Shown: piece after piece, positions 59,746 through 64,000 of the stretch | How the letters are laid out: the number at the start of each line of letters is the position of its first letter | Numbering within the stretch: the stretch's first letter is position 1 | From: Paraspadella gotoi | Lineage: Eukaryota; Animalia; Chaetognatha | Direction of reading: 5' to 3' | Assembly: GCA_051294375.1 (NCBI GenBank) | Contig: CM119266.1 | Span: 26,897,932 to 26,961,931, forward strand | Length of the DNA stretch: 64,000 nt | The notes under the pieces: model-generated | What the model was told of the DNA's origin: nothing | The model's input: the letters and a program-made list of their open reading frames with translations, nothing else | Database searches by the model: none | Translations under genes and position numbers: made by a program

Positions 59746-62700
59746 TCAAGCGTCCCCTTGCATGATGGCGTGCACTTGCTCCAAGCGATACGCCAACTTA
59801 TTCTTACGCGCAAATTCGTCGTCTTCGAGCGATAGCAAGAGAGCGTCGGAATATTTTGCGGCGTAAGAATACAACTCCTGGAGCGCTGCGGTCGTGTTGA
59901 AGTCGTTGGCATGGTTACGAGATTCCTCCGCTAACATGGCCGCCATGTCTTGGTCAGAGTAAGATTCGTGGAGTTGAATGTCGCTGCACAGAGGGAGGAG
60001 GTTTAAAAAAAAAACAAGATAATCAATCGAAATTCCCCAGATGAAAATCCAAAACTCCCGCCAATACACAATTTCCTGCTTCCCCTACTCACCGATAATA
60101 TCTCTCGACCCACTGCTTGTATTTGGGAATGTCCTTGGCGTAGAGGAGCTTGGAGGAAGGGGAATCCTTGCCCAGCTGATGAGCGGACATGGAGCAGGAG
60201 TCCATGAAGGTCTGTGCGACGACGGAGAGGCATGCGTCGAGGATGTTTGACTTGTGGATGTCAAAAATGAAGTTGGGATTTTTGATGAGGTTGACCCAAA
60301 AGCGAAGCGGGAGCGAGTTGGACTTCCAAGTGTGGACCACTTCGGGGTCGGTGACGCCGTGGTGAATGGCTTGGTCATCCAAGAAGTCGAACATGTACTT
60401 GATGGCCAAGGGTAAGGCTGATCCTACGGGATAAAAATATTCGATAACGATTAAATGATAAATGATTATTGTCAGGTAACAATAATGCTAGTAATTGAGA
60501 TATGCAGGTAGCCAATAATCGAATCGTATGACATACTTTAGTTGACTATTTTTAAAATAATTCGTGTTTTTAAGATCTAATACTTACAATACAATTCAAA
60601 ATGAAATCTTAAGGCTTCCCCCCACCTCCTACTTACCGCGGTGAGCCGTCGAGAAGATGGTCTCGATGAGGTCGTCGACGTATTGCTGCAGCGTCCCCTT
60701 GGTCGCCAACAGCCTCGTCAAGTAGACCTCGGAGACCATCTTTCCCTCGCGACTCTCCCCGTCCTTGTCGACTTCCTGAGGTTTGACCAGATGCCAAACG
60801 CGAACCCCGTGGTCCGGGTCCAGGGCTTCCGTCGTGGTGTGGGGGCTTAGTCCGAGACCCTGTCGAGAGAAGGACAGAGAAATTGATGCAATTTTAGGCG
60901 TTTGGTTCGTTGTTTATTCTCACATCAGCATTGATTTGGTTGATTGATTTGATCGATTTAATTGATTTCTTTGACTTTATTATTTTTTTCTTCTTCTTTT
61001 TCTTTTTCCTTTCTTCCTTTCTTTCTTTCTCTCTCGCTTTCTTTTACCTGCGACCCTCTGAGATTAGCGAAGGAGGCGTCCCTGGATCCGCCCCCGCTCA
61101 CGCGGCCCGACGTCATGGGCGAGGGCATGGACCAGCCGCCGCCGCCGTGACCCCCGACGTTTGGCACTCCCCAGGGGGCGTTGCCGTTTCCGGCGGGGTG
61201 TTGTGAGTGGTATTCGACGGAGCCGTTGAGGGGTGAAAAGGCGCGGAGTGATCGGTTCGTCGAAGGCGGTAGGGCGGAGAGGTTGAAAGACTGTCGGGGC
61301 ATGATGGCGAGGAGAGCGCCGTCGGGAATGCCTGAGGTGACGAATGGGAGTGAGGGGTGAGTTACACTTACTCAGGTGAGAGAGTTAACGGTTGGATTGC
61401 GATCTGAAAATTGGCAAGCGATTTTGACTTTCGTATCAAGGAGAATTTTTATAAAAAATGAAAGTAATAAAGATATTTGAACTTTAAAAAAAAACAAAAT
61501 AAAATGGTATAATAAAAATGAAATAGCTGCAATATGCAAATGAGATTTAGGAACTTTCATTAGACAAAAGAAAAAAGAAAAAATAAGATTGAAGATAAAT
61601 AAAAAATCAGTATCAAAATGACTGTGTATATTATCTAATCAAAATGATTAGAATTAAATTAAATTCTTATTTAAAATCACAATGTACTCACGGAAGTGAG
61701 CGATGGTGTTGAGCCTCTTCCAGTGGTTGACGGTTTTCGTGGTGGAGTCGTCGTCGTTGAGGAGAACACGCGCCGTTTTGAAAGTCCGCCACTCAAGGTC
61801 CAAGTCTTCGCGACAGGGACGCAGAGACCTGACGCCCGAAAAGGTGAGGAAATCTCGTGAAAACTTAATAAACTTTTTTTGACATTAAATTAAATTAAAT
61901 AAAAATAATTTTATTTATTTTAGACCATAGTATTTACCTTTAAAATGAATACCTAATTTTTTTTAAACTGCCATGTTTCTCTTATTTAAAAAGTTTTTTG
62001 ATATCTATCAATTTTTGATTTACAATAGTCAATACTAATCGCGTCGCGAGTAAATCTGACCGATGGCGGGATGAACGATTCATCGCGTTTAAATAGTAAA
62101 CCATAAGAAGGCTGTATGTAAAAGATAGATTTCTTAAAAGATATTTTTTTATTGATTATCTTGAAACTACTCGAATAACATATTTATTGGTTGACGTATT
62201 GATTGTCTGACTTTTGTTTTCCTTCCGAATTCCCAGGCCATTCCCCTCCACCTCCCTTTTCCAAATCACTCACCATGGGGCGCTCTTGTAGAAAGCGTCG
62301 AGGATTTTGTCTTTGACTTGGGAAATGCAATCGCAGTCGAGGACGCGAACCTGCACCGTCTGAGGAGACGACGACGGGTGCATCGAGACGCCGTGGGGGT
62401 TCGACGCCACGTAAGACACTGGCGGCACCTGTGAAAGGAGATCGGGTTTTCCTCGGTGATTTATCTCTCGGTTGAAAATTAAAAGTGACCGAATTCATCG
62501 AGCAATCTTTGCTTACCATATATCCGTTGATGGTGGAGGCTTGGTGATGCTGAGGATGACCGAACAGAACTCCGCCGACTCCGTTCGAAGTCACCTGAGA
62601 AACACACAGATGTTGTTTATTCCATTTGTTGTTTATTGAATATCTTCGATTTACCCTATTTTTATCTGGTTTTCTTTGTACATTCGTTAAGTTTTTATTC

Positions 62701-63518
62701 GTATTGTTTTGGTTTTGAACTACGACGCCACGCCCAGAAATCACCTGCATCCCGACTGATGCCGGCGGAATCGGCGTCAAATCTCCGCACTGAACATTGA
62801 GTGTGACCGCCCGGTAGTCGATCGGTTGACGGATGAGTTTGTCTTCGGACAAAGAAAATCGCGCCTCGTGGGTCACAAAGTCCACCGGGCCTGGGGGTGG
62901 GTGGATGAAGGAAGGGGGGGAAGAAGCGAGGGAAAAAGGCAGAGTGGGGGAATAGTAGAATAAAAAGTGGGGAGAGAGAGATAAAAAGGGTGAGGGATCG
63001 GGAAATAAAAAGTAGAGTTGACGGCTCGCAAGGGAAACCAAAAAAATAATACCAGCTCGGTTGAACTAACCTTTTTCTACTTGTTGCTTGATGGCTCTGG
63101 CCAACATGAACAAAGGCTCTCCCGAACATTCCCTCAAATTCTTGTACAACAAGGCAGTGAACCAGTTCGTCAACATCTTCTCAGCAATGCTTTCAGCACG
63201 TCTGCGGGGGGAAGAGAAGGTAGAGTGTGTGTGTTTTTATTGGTGAAAAAAGAAAAAAATAAAATAAAACAAAAAAAAAGAAAATAAAACAAATAAGAAA
63301 AGAAAATAAACAACGTAAGTCCAGACTGAACAAAACCAAAGAACGATCAAAACGAACCTGAGGAGCAGCTTGGGATGACTCTTTCCTTCAATCGATTTTT
63401 CGATCAGCTCCGCGAGGAGAGTCTTCAAGATTTCAGTGCAATACTCCATCTTCGATTGCAGCGCCACCATCACCAACGAAGCCACGTTGACGCGATCGCG
63501 CATCGAGAATTTCTTGTC
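59746..63518 (-). CDS. PlexA: Plexin A, cytoplasmic GAP/RBD exons; 5' part lies beyond the window
   Basis: [82 protein letters not shown]. Confidence 0.95.
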
Positions 63519-64000
63519 TGTAAAGAAGGATATGATTTTAATGCTATTAGAATATTAATCTATATCTTCGTTATGATTACCTAATCAAGAAGAGTATCAA
63601 TGAAAATTATTTCCTTCTTGTTCGTCTCTTTAACTAACTTTAATGTACATTGTACATTGTAAAGGTTCCTAGCGTCGATGAGGTATAGACAATTAACTAC
63701 ATTCAACTACAATTAACTACATTTTTTACAGTATAAAATATTCTACAATAAAATTATTTGGTCTGTTCCTCACTGAATCGATTTTTATGTTACTCTATAT
63801 TTAAATGCTTCAGAGTGTCAAAAATACAGAGTAATATATAATTTTTTTATACAAATTTGTAATTGAATAATTTAAAATATCTTCTGTGTTACCTATAAAA
63901 TATATCTTAAAAATTTTTTTGCTTTTTATGATCTCTAATAGACATTTCCACATTATATAATATATAGCTTACATATAGTTTTCAAACTGTTCCGCATTAA

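Overview
Gene-dense genomic DNA from an invertebrate animal, probably a spiralian/lophotrochozoan judging by the mollusc-type troponin I and an Ionotropic-Receptor-like gene. Introns are mostly short and AT-rich. Recognisable genes, left to right: 3' end of PHF20-like, Lifeguard/TMBIM, ALIX (with a nested antisense IR-type glutamate receptor), troponin I, a ZCCHC24-type zinc finger fused to a DAP1 ribosome-dormancy domain, Rabaptin-FYVE (with nested antisense calcyphosin-like), vasa, tRNA-Thr(UGU), a lachesin-like Ig gene and the 3' part of plexin A. Several orphan genes, MITEs and a Helentron-type element are also present. Main hunt result: a small non-coding LTR retroelement (LTR-PBS-internal-PPT-LTR, 8835-9543) plus two solo LTRs with 4-bp TSDs. 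Each LTR folds into a type-P5 twister ribozyme with compensatory changes between two subfamilies, making this a candidate animal LTR retrozyme that uses twister instead of hammerhead. Second result: the zinc finger-RGG-DAP1 fusion. A Penelope-type minimal hammerhead is also present. All calls were made by eye without database searches or folding software, and exon boundaries are hand-derived.
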